This document shows, piece after piece, positions 18,866 through 28,497 of a stretch of DNA of 37,503 nucleotides; within the stretch, counting starts at the first letter, position 1; each line of letters begins with the position of its first letter. The notes under the pieces are model-generated. The model was not told where the DNA came from. It saw only the letters and a list, made by a program, of their open reading frames with translations, and made no database searches. The position numbers and the translations under genes are program-made. The stretch comes from a virus (Duplodnaviria > Heunggongvirae > Uroviricota > Caudoviricetes): the IMG/VR virus record IMGVR_UViG_2513237219_000007, positions 1 through 37,503 of that record; one strand, written 5' to 3'.

Positions 18866-19924
18866 TTACGCTCCGGTTTCTGCTGCTGCGGCGCTGAAGT
18901 CGCCAATCTGGATGTTTTCCACCAGTGCGGCGCAGCGGTAGTCCTCAACCACATAGGCTTCGTTAACGGATTCAAAGTTTTCAATCCGGTCACGTTTCGG
19001 GTTGTCGATAACTGAGCGGCGGCGGGTGTCTTCCTGCCAGTAGATGGACAGGTTATCCAGACGGGTGATCAGCAGTGCATTCGGCGGGAAGAACGGCGCA
19101 CGCACGGCCTGCAGGCCACCCATGCGTTTCTGACTGATGATCATATCGGCAGCCAGTTTTTCACTGTTTTCCTGCTCTTTGTTGACCAGCGGGAAATACT
19201 TGTCAGACAGCAGTTCACGACCGCAAATCACCACCAGATCGTCATCGTCCTGGTAGACCACATCGATAAGCTCATTGACGGCATCCATCACCACGGCGTC
19301 CAGGTTGGCATATTCGCCACCTTTCCCGACTTTCACCGCACCCGGTGTGGTTTCACCGCCCGTGGTGGTGCTGCCCATGACGTGATCCGGTGCATCTTCA
19401 CGGATTTTCTGCAGCCAGCCTTTGTTCACATCCTGCAGCAGCGGGTTTTCGCTACGGTTGGAGGTTTTCGCACGCTTCACGCCGTTAAAGCCGATCATGA
19501 TGCGGTCCAGAGCCTGACGTTTCACGATGGCGTCACGGATGCGCACCTGGAAATCCTGAAACTTCGCCCACAGGTCCAGCTTCGCGTAGGTCAGCACCGT
19601 GTCAAAGTTGGTCTGCTCGCATTTATATTCCACATCGACCATCAGCGTCGGATCGACAGGTTCACGCTCTTTCGCGGTGGTGTCAGTGGTTCCGGCAATG
19701 GTGCTGCCAACTCCCAGCCCCAGCAGCTGACCGGACTGCTCAGTCACTGGCGTGACGTTAATCAGCGTCAGGAAAGCGGCGGACTGCTGGATCTGGTCTT
19801 CCAGCGTCTGCTGCACAGACGGCTCCACGGTGAACTTGCTGGACAGTTCTTCAACTGCCACACCGTTCAGACGCGCCAGCTGCTGCAGGTAAGCGTTAAA
19901 AGCAAAGCGGGTATTCTTCTTCAT
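18866..19924 (-). CDS. Major capsid protein gpN
   Basis: 352-aa ORF, P2 N-like. Confidence 0.9.
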   Translation of the reverse strand: MKKNTRFAFNAYLQQLARLNGVAVEELSSKFTVEPSVQQTLEDQIQQSAAFLTLINVTPVTEQSGQLLGLGVGSTIAGTTDTTAKEREPVDPTLMVDVEYKCEQTNFDTVLTYAKLDLWAKFQDFQVRIRDAIVKRQALDRIMIGFNGVKRAKTSNRSENPLLQDVNKGWLQKIREDAPDHVMGSTTTGGETTPGAVKVGKGGEYANLDAVVMDAVNELIDVVYQDDDDLVVICGRELLSDKYFPLVNKEQENSEKLAADMIISQKRMGGLQAVRAPFFPPNALLITRLDNLSIYWQEDTRRRSVIDNPKRDRIENFESVNEAYVVEDYRCAALVENIQIGDFSAAAAETGA

Positions 19925-19940
19925 CGGGTTTTGTGCTCCA

Positions 19941-20774
19941 TCAGCAATTGGTCAGAGTGTCAGCGGGGGCGTTACCGCCTGTTGCACGCTGGCGGTAGTC
20001 CTGGCGACTGTCTTCATGACTCAGCTTGTCCACCAGTTCGTTAAAGGCGGTTTGCTGTGCCTGCAGGGCAGTCTCCAGCTCAGACAGGCGTTCTTCCTGC
20101 TCAGACAGGGATTTTTCGGTGCGTGCGCTCAGGTTCTGCTGCTCAGTGGCGACCAGCTCCACGGCCTTATGCACATCAGAGAACCGGGCGTCATCGGACT
20201 GCTCTTTTTTGGTAAACAGCGCCGTGACGCGGGCAAACAGGGACGGTTTGTCGTCCTGGATTTCTTCCAGTTCGATCACCGTTTCCTCTGCAGCGGTAAA
20301 GAGATTGGCAGGATTCTGCTTGCGGTTTGCCAGCGGGTTATGGGCTGCACTGGCGCTGAATGTCAGCATTTCCGTACCCAGACTGGCAGGGTCATCAGTG
20401 GCAGCCAGGCCGACCAGATAGGCTTTGCCCGTATCAGCGAACTTCGGGCTGACTTCCATAGAGGTGAATAATTTCTGGCCTTTTTTCACCAGTTCCACCA
20501 GGGACTCCGTTGGCTCAACGTCGGCATACAGCGCCATCTTGCCTGCCAGCGGACCTTCCGTGATTTCTTCAGCAAACAGCGCCGTCACCTTGCCGTAGCG
20601 GTTAAAGGTGCTGTCCGGCAGATAAGACTTGATGTGCTCAAGGTTAATCAGCGCGGTATACACCGCCGGGTTGTAGCTGGCTGCCATCTGTTCCAGCCAT
20701 TCACGCTGGATTTCGCGTCCGTCGGTGGTGGCACCTTCCACCCCGATGCGAAAACGCTTTGCTTTCACTGTCAT
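19941..20774 (-). CDS. Capsid scaffolding protein gpO
   Basis: 277-aa ORF, P2 O-like with coiled-coil C-terminal half. Confidence 0.85.
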   Translation of the reverse strand: MTVKAKRFRIGVEGATTDGREIQREWLEQMAASYNPAVYTALINLEHIKSYLPDSTFNRYGKVTALFAEEITEGPLAGKMALYADVEPTESLVELVKKGQKLFTSMEVSPKFADTGKAYLVGLAATDDPASLGTEMLTFSASAAHNPLANRKQNPANLFTAAEETVIELEEIQDDKPSLFARVTALFTKKEQSDDARFSDVHKAVELVATEQQNLSARTEKSLSEQEERLSELETALQAQQTAFNELVDKLSHEDSRQDYRQRATGGNAPADTLTNC

Positions 20775-20852
20775 GAGCCGTGCTCCGTTAGAAAAAACTT
20801 ACTGGAGCCTTATGGTTGCGGTGATGGGGGCAGTGAAACAATGCGCGGTATT

Positions 20853-20870
20853 TGTACCGACAACCACACA
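20853..20870. promoter_or_regulatory. Candidate Ogr-binding dyad in the divergent O/P late promoter region
   Basis: TTTGTACCGACAACCACACAAA in the 142-bp O-P intergenic region. Confidence 0.5.
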
Positions 20871-20916
20871 AACCGCAGGCGGGGAAAGCCTTCATTCAAG
20901 GCTGTAGGTTTGTGCC

Positions 20917-22683
20917 ATGAACACCACACTGACACCCGCAGATCTCGATCCCCGTCGGCAGGCCATGCTGCTGTACTTTCAGGGATACCGCGTAGCCCGC
21001 ATTGCTGAAATGCTGGGCGAGAAAGTTGCAACCGTTCACAGCTGGAAAAAACGCGACAAGTGGGGTGACTATGGGCCGCTGGATCAGATGCAGCTCACCA
21101 CCGCCGCACGCTACTGCCAGCTCATTATGAAGGAGCACAAAGAAGGGAAAGATTTCAAAGAGATTGACCTGCTGGCGCGCCAGTCGGAGCGCCATGCGCG
21201 GATCGGCAAGTTTAACAATGGCGGCAACGAAGCCGACTTAAACCCTAACGTCGCCAACCGCAACAAAGGCCCGCGCCGTCAGCCGGAAAAGAACGTTTTC
21301 ACCGATGAACAGATTGAGAAGTTGGAAGAAATCTTCCATTCCTCCATGTTCAACTACCAGCGCCACTGGTGGGAAGCCGGAAAAACCAACCGCATCCGCA
21401 ACCTGCTGAAGTCACGCCAGATCGGCGCGACCTTCTATTTTGCCCGTGAAGCCCTGATTGACGCCCTGCTAACCGGGCGTAACCAGATTTTCCTTTCCGC
21501 CAGCAAGGCTCAGGCCCACGTCTTTAAGCAGTACATCATCGACTTCGCCAAAGAAGTGGAGGTGGAGCTGAAAGGCGATCCGATGGTGCTTCCTAACGGG
21601 GCCACGCTGTACTTCCTCGGCACCAATGCCCGCACGGCCCAGAGTTACCACGGCAACCTGTATCTGGATGAATATTTCTGGATACCGAAATTCCAGGAGC
21701 TGCGCAAAGTGGCTTCCGGTATGGCTATTCACAAAAAATGGCGACAAACCTATTTTTCCACGCCATCCAGCCTGACACACAGTGCTTATCCGTTCTGGTC
21801 CGGTGCGCTGTTCAACCGAGGGCGCAACAAAGCCGATAAGGTGGACATCGACCTGTCCCACAGCAATCTGGCCCCCGGCCTGCTGTGCGCAGACGGGCAG
21901 TACCGCCAGATAGTCACTGTGGAAGATGCGGTGCGCGGCGGCTGTAACCTGTTCGACCTCGACCAGTTGCGCATGGAGTACAGCCCGGACGAATACCAGA
22001 ACCTGCTGATGTGTGAGTTCGTGGACGATCTCGCGTCTGTGTTCCCACTCAGCGAGCTGCAGGCGTGCATGGTGGACAGTTGGGAAGTCTGGACCGACTT
22101 TCATGCACTGGCCCTGCGCCCGTTTGGCTGGCGCGAAGTGTGGATCGGATATGACCCGGCGAAAGGTACGCAGAACGGCGACAGCGCCGGATGCGTGGTG
22201 GTGGCGCCGCCAGCCGTGCCGGGCGGTAAGTTCCGCATTCTTGAGCGTCACCAGTGGCGCGGAATGGACTTCCGCGCCCAGGCTGACGCCATCAAAAAAC
22301 TGACCGAACAGTACAACGTGACCTATATCGGTATCGACTCAACCGGCGTTGGTCACGGGGTTTACGAGAACGTGAAAGCGTTTTTTCCTGCCGTCCGGGA
22401 GTTTGTCTACAACCCCAACGTTAAAAACGCCCTGGTACTCAAGGCCTACGACATTATCAGCCACCGCCGTCTGGAGTTTGACGCCGGACACACCGACATA
22501 GCGCAGTCCTTTATGGCAATCCGTCGCGCCACCACCGCCAGTGGCAACCGCCCGACCTATGAAGCCAGCCGCAGCGAAGAAGCCAGCCACGCCGATCTGG
22601 CCTGGGCAACGATGCACGCACTGTTTAACGAACCGCTGCAGGGCGAATCCGCCAATACCAGCAATATTGTGGAGATTTTTTGA
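20917..22683 (+). CDS. Terminase ATPase (large) subunit gpP
   Basis: 588-aa ORF, P2 P-like; transcribed divergently from the O operon. Confidence 0.9.
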   Translation: MNTTLTPADLDPRRQAMLLYFQGYRVARIAEMLGEKVATVHSWKKRDKWGDYGPLDQMQLTTAARYCQLIMKEHKEGKDFKEIDLLARQSERHARIGKFNNGGNEADLNPNVANRNKGPRRQPEKNVFTDEQIEKLEEIFHSSMFNYQRHWWEAGKTNRIRNLLKSRQIGATFYFAREALIDALLTGRNQIFLSASKAQAHVFKQYIIDFAKEVEVELKGDPMVLPNGATLYFLGTNARTAQSYHGNLYLDEYFWIPKFQELRKVASGMAIHKKWRQTYFSTPSSLTHSAYPFWSGALFNRGRNKADKVDIDLSHSNLAPGLLCADGQYRQIVTVEDAVRGGCNLFDLDQLRMEYSPDEYQNLLMCEFVDDLASVFPLSELQACMVDSWEVWTDFHALALRPFGWREVWIGYDPAKGTQNGDSAGCVVVAPPAVPGGKFRILERHQWRGMDFRAQADAIKKLTEQYNVTYIGIDSTGVGHGVYENVKAFFPAVREFVYNPNVKNALVLKAYDIISHRRLEFDAGHTDIAQSFMAIRRATTASGNRPTYEASRSEEASHADLAWATMHALFNEPLQGESANTSNIVEIF

Positions 22684-23718
22684 TGGGAAAGAGTAAGAAG
22701 AACCGCGCTGCGGCGACGAAACAGATCCAGCTTAAAAGTCAAACTACAGCCGAAGCATTCAGCTTCGGCGATCCCGTTCCTGTTCTGGACCGCCGAGAAC
22801 TGCTGGATTATGTGGAATGCGTACAGATGGACCGCTGGTATGAGCCGCCCGTCAGCTTTGACGGACTGGCGCGCACCTTCCGCGCTGCCGTTCATCATAG
22901 TTCCCCGATTGCAGTAAAGTGCAACATTCTGACCAGCACCTACATCCCTCACCCGCTGCTCAGCCAGCAGGTCTTTTTCGCGTTTTGTGCAGGACTATCT
23001 GGTATTTGGTAACGCCTACCTGGAGAAACGCACGAACCGCTTCGGTGAAGTTATCGCCCTTGAACCTGCCTTGGCAAAATACACCCGACGCGGGTTAGAC
23101 CTGGATACCTACTGGTTTGTGCAATACGGTATGACCACGCAGCCATATCAGTTCACGAAAGGCAGCATCTTTCATCTGATGGAACCGGACATCAACCAGG
23201 AGATCTACGGCCTGCCCGGTTATCTTTCTGCTATTCCATCCGCCCTGCTCAACGAGTCTGCCACGCTGTTCCGCCGCAAGTATTACATTAACGGCAGTCA
23301 TGCAGGCTTCATCATGTATATGACCGACGCCGCGCAGAACCAGGAAGATGTGAACAACCTCCGCAACGCGATGAAAAGCGCCAAAGGCCCTGGCAACTTC
23401 CGCAACCTGTTTATGTACTCGCCTAACGGCAAAAAGGACGGGCTTCAGATCATCCCGTTGTCAGAAGTCGCAGCGAAAGATGAATTTCTGAACATCAAGA
23501 ACGTGAGCCGGGACGACATGATGGCTGCACACCGCGTACCGCCTCAGATGATGGGAATTTTGCCGAATAATGTTGGGGGGTTTGGGGATGTGGAGAAGGC
23601 AAGTCGGGTATTTGTTCGTAATGAATTAATACCTTTGCAAAAACGTTTCGAAGAATTAAATTTATGGCTAAAAAATAATATTATTACATTCAAAGAATAT
23701 CAACTATCCCTAGACTAA
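22680..23718 (+). pseudogene. Portal protein gpQ, interrupted by a +1 frameshift in a T5 run
   Basis: Two ORFs (22680..23012 and 22987..23718) together span 1039 nt (about 346 codons, P2 Q-size); frame switch maps to the T run at about 22974..22978; removing one T gives continuous ...LLSQQVFSRFVQDYLVFGNAYLEKR... Confidence 0.8.
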
Positions 23719-23723
23719 TTAAT

Positions 23724-23744
23724 AACCACCTCTATGAGGTGGTT
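23724..23744. terminator. Bidirectional hairpin between convergent Q and the AT-rich orphan gene
   Basis: AACCACCTC-TAT-GAGGTGGTT, perfect 9-bp stem. Confidence 0.5.
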
Positions 23745-23765
23745 AACAAGAATAAACCTAATTAA

Positions 23766-25175
23766 TTACTCATCTACTCTGATTTTTTGTTTTTTATTAT
23801 TTTGAGTTAAGACATTTATGGTAATAGATGTATACGGATGAAAGTCAGGAACTATACTTTTAACCTCTCCATTTTCAAGAAAATGATGTGCTATTGAAGG
23901 AAATAAATCAGGATCTACAGGATATTTAGCATTAGGATTATGATACATATTTAAACCTTCTGCCCATGTTTCTGTAATATCGCCTTCTTTCACTTCAAAA
24001 CTAAATGCTGCTGGATATAATGCCTCTGGGTCATGATCATGGCAGTAACCACTCCTAAATAATCTAAGGTCACTTCTTCCAAAACCAGCCAGTTTTCCCA
24101 TCCGATTAAACTTCGATATAGTACCACTATTAGAACTAAGGACGGCCGAAATATTTTCAGACTCATCCAAGAAGAAAAAGCCTGAAGGAATTTCCTTTTT
24201 CTCAAATTGATGCGATATAATTTTCTTAGTTGCTAAACTGTAACATCCATCTTCAGATTTAACATGCTCATAGCGAATACCATAAAGATACTGCCAAAGT
24301 GCACTATGGGACCAAATCATAGAGTTTGGTTCATGAAAATCAGCAATTGCGAAAATTAAAGGATTCCCCTTAACATGTTCTAGATCCCAGTATCGAGTTT
24401 TCTTTTTCAGTTTAGAATAGAGAGAACTTCCAAATTTAATCGGCATATAATTCTCTATTTTCTCTAGCAATTCTTCCTTACTTTTAGGTTCTGATAGCAT
24501 TTCAGATGATTGATTAATATCATTCCCTGTTGGATTAACCGTTACAGCTTCAATGCAAATAGTATTACCATACTTACGTGCCACATAATCAGGGGCATTA
24601 AACTGCCTATCTAGCCAAAAGTGTTCCTCTCGTAAATATGCGAAAAGATATAACTCCCATAGCCGGGCATCAAAACCTGTTGTCTGAAACTGCTCTATAA
24701 AATTCCCGTCGACATCCTCAAAATGATTCATCATTTCCTTGATTATCCCTGTTGCAGGCGACCAGTTCGCGTATTTACCAAATAATGAAAAATGATGATG
24801 AAGTTTATCTGGTGTAACTATAGGTGTGAATAAATCCATTGCTTTATAAGTTTCATCACCTTGTGGAAATACTTTTACGTTTAATTTAGTATGCTTCCGC
24901 ATTAATTTCTTTAGTTTTGCTCGTGCAGAATTCATTTCTGAAACACTAGTAAATAGGTCAATACATCTATATCTCCCACTTAAGTCTCTTGCTAAAACAA
25001 TACCGCTATAATCTTCATCGATTTGATCCAATAATAGTGCCCCTAGCAGGAACTCTCTCGGACTACAGTACCACTCAAACTCATAGCCTAAAAGTTCAGT
25101 ATTTGGCATTCTGGTCCAATCAACAAAAGCATTAAACCTCTCTTTACTCATTTTTTTTATATCAAGAAAAGACAT
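23766..25175 (-). CDS. Hypothetical protein, AT-rich cargo gene between portal gene and putative cos (candidate defence/accessory gene)
   Basis: 469-aa ORF with strongly AT-rich codon usage (roughly one-third GC by eye) against a GC-rich phage backbone; GAGG RBS; no family recognised by me. Confidence 0.6.
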   Translation of the reverse strand: MSFLDIKKMSKERFNAFVDWTRMPNTELLGYEFEWYCSPREFLLGALLLDQIDEDYSGIVLARDLSGRYRCIDLFTSVSEMNSARAKLKKLMRKHTKLNVKVFPQGDETYKAMDLFTPIVTPDKLHHHFSLFGKYANWSPATGIIKEMMNHFEDVDGNFIEQFQTTGFDARLWELYLFAYLREEHFWLDRQFNAPDYVARKYGNTICIEAVTVNPTGNDINQSSEMLSEPKSKEELLEKIENYMPIKFGSSLYSKLKKKTRYWDLEHVKGNPLIFAIADFHEPNSMIWSHSALWQYLYGIRYEHVKSEDGCYSLATKKIISHQFEKKEIPSGFFFLDESENISAVLSSNSGTISKFNRMGKLAGFGRSDLRLFRSGYCHDHDPEALYPAAFSFEVKEGDITETWAEGLNMYHNPNAKYPVDPDLFPSIAHHFLENGEVKSIVPDFHPYTSITINVLTQNNKKQKIRVDE

Positions 25176-25272
25176 CTTTCTACCTCATCACGAAAAAATA
25201 TTTTTTCCTAAAAAGACTTAAGTTAGCTTAATCTATTGATAAAAAAAAGCTAAGTAACGACCAAATACGCGC

Positions 25273-25291
25273 GCTCGTATCCCCGCCACGC
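25273..25291. other. Candidate cos site (cohesive-end region)
   Basis: Minus-strand GGCGTGGCGGGGATACGAG resembles the P2/186 19-nt cohesive end as I recall it (GGCG[A/T]GGCGGGGAAAGCA...); lies between the replication/SOS genes and Q as expected. Confidence 0.4.
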
Positions 25292-25341
25292 CTGCCCGCT
25301 TTATGTAGTGGTTTTCATGCACCTGCATGATCTACGCAAAA

Positions 25342-25361
25342 GCCCGCCAGTTCTGGCGGGC
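25342..25361. terminator. Hairpin downstream of the tum/DinI-like operon
   Basis: GCCCGCCAG-TTC-TGGCGGGC followed by TTTTG on the minus strand. Confidence 0.45.
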
Positions 25362-25496
25362 CTTAGCAAAAACGATCCTCAAACGATCATGCGATCTCAT
25401 GCGGCATAGACATGCACTACAGAGCTAACGCCTCGCAAGGGCTCGTTGTTCAACCTTGCTGACGCCAGAAGCAAGTTCAGACGCCAGCAACGTTTC

Positions 25497-25730
25497 TTAA
25501 TGCAGCCAGCTGTCGTCTTCCCACACCTTCTGCATAATTTTCATCACTTGTTTTCTTTCTTCGTCCAGTTGCAGTCCGGTTAGTTCCACACCGTTAGAGC
25601 TACCTTTGCGAATGCGAATTACCGTTTTGGGATACAGGGGGCGCAGATTGCGGTAAAGCTCGGATTCAAGGGCGTCCAGGGTAGACTGGCTAATCTTCTG
25701 CTCTTTATCGATCATTATTTCAATGCGCAT
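25497..25730 (-). CDS. DinI-like domain ORF (probable C-terminal part of a tum-like SOS antirepressor)
   Basis: MRIEIMIDKEQKISQSTLDALESELYRNLRPLYPKTVIRIRKG...WEDDSWL resembles E. coli DinI; coordinates start at the internal Met. Confidence 0.75.
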   Translation of the reverse strand: MRIEIMIDKEQKISQSTLDALESELYRNLRPLYPKTVIRIRKGSSNGVELTGLQLDEERKQVMKIMQKVWEDDSWLH

Positions 25731-25740
25731 AAAAGTCACC

Positions 25741-25929
25741 TCAGCTGATGACATCCATTGAGCGGTTGTATTCGTGGGTTCTGATTTTTGCCATGAGTTC
25801 ATCAGTCAATTCAGAAACCCACTGCAGAGCCAGCCCCTTCTCTTCATCACTACACTCACTAGCCGCTACAAGCTTAAGAAAAAAATCAATGCGCTGGAGC
25901 TTCAAAGACTCCAAAAAATAGTCCTGCAT
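25741..25929 (-). CDS. tum-like N-terminal ORF, first gene of the LexA-boxed operon (possibly fused to the DinI-like ORF in the intact gene)
   Basis: 62-aa ORF from an internal ATG preceded by AGGAGG; LexA box lies about 40 bp upstream; overlaps the DinI-like frame. Confidence 0.55.
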   Translation of the reverse strand: MQDYFLESLKLQRIDFFLKLVAASECSDEEKGLALQWVSELTDELMAKIRTHEYNRSMDVIS

Positions 25930-25971
25930 CTTTCCTCCTATGACACCACACGCAATGCTGTATGCATAACC

Positions 25972-25990
25972 ACTGTTTATATTTACAGTA
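25972..25990. promoter_or_regulatory. LexA (SOS) box
   Basis: ACTGTTTATATTTACAGTA = CTGT-N8-ACAG with AT-rich spacer, matching the E. coli LexA consensus TACTGTATATATATACAGTA. Confidence 0.8.
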
Positions 25991-26073
25991 TATAATAATC
26001 TTACTGATGTAAAACGATTTTTTACGTTCATCAGCCTGGTATTATTAAGAGCACGAATTGTTAACCCGCGTAA

Positions 26074-28497
26074 TTAATACAGGTTCCGCCACTGATCATC
26101 TTCCTGCAAACGCTGGTTCCGATAGAAGATACGCAGGCCTGCTCCTGACGGAATACTGCCTCCGCGAAGGAGTAAATCGACCTCTTTCTCGCTGCCATCA
26201 AATCCTCTGGACTTCAGCTCATACACGAGCTGCAGTCGCTGATGGTCTGTAATTCGCTGTTTGTAGTCTTTACGCCGTTTCGGTTTCACCAGGCGTAACC
26301 TTGCTGCCAGTTCCCGGCGCTCTTTTTTGCTCATACTGTGCAGGTAATCGTGCAACTCCTTGTCATCCATGCTGGTAATGTCCGTTCTGGGGTCCCCATC
26401 AGCTGATTTATCTTTCTCCTGTTGGTTCAAATTTTCAGCAAGGGGACAGTTATTGCCACGAGTCCAAGGGGCGCAAGCGCCCTGGTCGGCTGCCGCCTCC
26501 TGAACGTCAACGGCTTTACGAACCATTTTCCACTTCACTGCATGAGTGCAGATCTTGCCCTCTGCAATGGGTGACCAGATGCCATAAATACGAATGCCGT
26601 GATCGCCATAGGCGGTCGGCTCTTCGTTAATTTCATAAGCTGTTCTGATAAGGTGATATTTGCGGGGAACCAGCACGCCGCCCTGCTTCATGATGTAGGT
26701 GGCAAAACAGCCAGCATCAGCAGCAGCCAGGATGGCATCAAGGCGTGGGTTATCCAGTACCGGCGCACCTGCTTTTTTGTCCCCCTGCTGCCTTGCCGCC
26801 TGACCAGCCAGCAATCGCAGTTCACGGTAAGCCTGACGCCCCGGAATACCAAAGAAGCGGAATTGCTGAACACGATGCAGAGACGCCCAGGCATTAACGT
26901 ATTCAGCGTTATCACGCAGGGATTTACCCGTTTCCTTGCTGATCTCACCAGCCAGACCACGCCCGTCAATGTTCTTACTGATGTATTTCGCGATGTAGCT
27001 TGTTGGCGTACCTTTGCGCGGGTTTATCAGCTCAGACTTAAAGCGTGGTCCCGTGTTATTACCCAGCTCCTCGCGGTCTTCACGAATGGAAAACTTACGC
27101 AACAAAGCAGTAATGGCTCGGCGATCTTTTTTGCGCATAAAACACAACAGGTGCCAGTGAACTGTACCGTCATGATGCGGCTCAGCCACCCGCACGCCAT
27201 ACCAGCGCAATCCAGCTTTGTGCATCGCTTTACGAAATGCAGCAAACATGCCGACCAGATAATCACTGCTTTGTCTTACCGTCGCGTTTGTCCAGGTCGG
27301 GTTTGGTCTGCCGTTATTTAGCGTGGAATGGAAACGTGACGGACAGGTGATGGTGTAGAAAACGGCGCAGTCACCGCGCATTTCCGCGATAAGCTCCAGA
27401 CCTTTAACACAGGCCATCATCTCATTGCGGCGATGCGCAGGGTTGCTGCTGCTGGCGTTTACCACGTCTTCCATATCCAGCGTGTCGCCGTCTTCGTTCA
27501 CCAGTTCATGAGAACGAAAAAACTCCAGCGACTTACGGCGCTGCTCACGTTTATGCATCACGGCTTCATAGCTGACATAGGGAGATGCTTTTTTGCTGAC
27601 CAGGCAGACAGCGCGCAACTGCTCTTCCCGCCATTCGCAACGCATCTTCCATAATTTCCGATACCACCAGTCGGCGCACAACATACGCGCCAGCGAACCC
27701 GGAATGAGTTCATAGGGCACGGGTTTACGGCGGTTTCTTTTCCGGCGGAGTTGCTCAAACGCAGGTGGAATGACATCCAGTCGCAGGGTTTCTGCTGCCA
27801 CCCTTTCCCATGTCTTGCGGATTTCTTCTGGCTTAACGTCATCGGTGGCATACAAATCACCACAAGCGTCATCAAGACACATGCTCATATGCGCAGCGAC
27901 AAGGGTAGACAGGCGTTTCACCTGATCCTGACTCATTTCAGGCAGGATCAGCAGACCGTCCAGCCCTTCATGGCTTGCCATAAAACGAAAAGATGCAGAT
28001 AGCTGGCTGTCGCGTACATGCTCCAGTCGTTCCAGACATGGCTTAATCGTCTCACGCAAATAGCGGGAATAAGCCTTTGGCCTGCCCAGGCTGCTGAAAT
28101 ATTCAATACGTTGCATCAGCGGCTTGCTGATATGGGAAGGCTGGGCGTTGACGTCAGCCAGAATGACCATGTCCGGATTAAAACGCTGCTGCTCATGCGC
28201 CAGCTTTGCCCGACTAATGAGCTTATCCTGCTCCATTTCGCGCTGGACAGGATCACGGGATTCATTAAAGAAATAACGCTCCCAGACCTGATCACTCAGT
28301 ACCTCGCGGCGCAGGTGTTCCTGCTCGTTATCGGCAGCGTACAGAGCGATCAGGTTTGAAAGCGCAGAAACTGAAGATTGCTCTTCTGTCCCTACGTAAG
28401 GATTGATTGCTTTTTTCTCAGCATTCCAGGAATAGCTGTAGTTCATTACGCAATCTCCAGTTCGAGCTGTGAAGGCTGCAAACCATTCGACAGCCAA
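26074..28497 (-). CDS. Replication initiation protein gpA (rolling-circle nickase)
   Basis: 807-aa ORF with the tandem-tyrosine motif YIAKYISK characteristic of P2 A-type initiators. Confidence 0.85.
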   Translation of the reverse strand: MAVEWFAAFTARTGDCVMNYSYSWNAEKKAINPYVGTEEQSSVSALSNLIALYAADNEQEHLRREVLSDQVWERYFFNESRDPVQREMEQDKLISRAKLAHEQQRFNPDMVILADVNAQPSHISKPLMQRIEYFSSLGRPKAYSRYLRETIKPCLERLEHVRDSQLSASFRFMASHEGLDGLLILPEMSQDQVKRLSTLVAAHMSMCLDDACGDLYATDDVKPEEIRKTWERVAAETLRLDVIPPAFEQLRRKRNRRKPVPYELIPGSLARMLCADWWYRKLWKMRCEWREEQLRAVCLVSKKASPYVSYEAVMHKREQRRKSLEFFRSHELVNEDGDTLDMEDVVNASSSNPAHRRNEMMACVKGLELIAEMRGDCAVFYTITCPSRFHSTLNNGRPNPTWTNATVRQSSDYLVGMFAAFRKAMHKAGLRWYGVRVAEPHHDGTVHWHLLCFMRKKDRRAITALLRKFSIREDREELGNNTGPRFKSELINPRKGTPTSYIAKYISKNIDGRGLAGEISKETGKSLRDNAEYVNAWASLHRVQQFRFFGIPGRQAYRELRLLAGQAARQQGDKKAGAPVLDNPRLDAILAAADAGCFATYIMKQGGVLVPRKYHLIRTAYEINEEPTAYGDHGIRIYGIWSPIAEGKICTHAVKWKMVRKAVDVQEAAADQGACAPWTRGNNCPLAENLNQQEKDKSADGDPRTDITSMDDKELHDYLHSMSKKERRELAARLRLVKPKRRKDYKQRITDHQRLQLVYELKSRGFDGSEKEVDLLLRGGSIPSGAGLRIFYRNQRLQEDDQWRNLY

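Noticed and set aside
20911-20928. Fourth TGT-N12-ACA match
   Set aside because: Overlaps the P start codon and lacks the extended TTGT..ACAA flanks; about nine such matches are expected by chance in 37 kb.
19382-22251. Antisense ORFs over capsid and terminase genes (19382..20044, 20016..20471, 21469..22251)
   Set aside because: Overlap gpN, gpO and gpP on the opposite strand; no independent support.
24380-24460. Weak nucleotidyltransferase-like motif (G-S, 13 residues, then D-x-E) in the 469-aa orphan protein
   Set aside because: Single short pattern without the surrounding conserved helix/strand context; insufficient to call a Pol-beta-type NTase. Kept only as a hint for profile searches.
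26599-27321. 240-aa plus-strand ORF inside replication gene A
   Set aside because: Antisense to gpA, which is confidently identified by its tandem-tyrosine motif.
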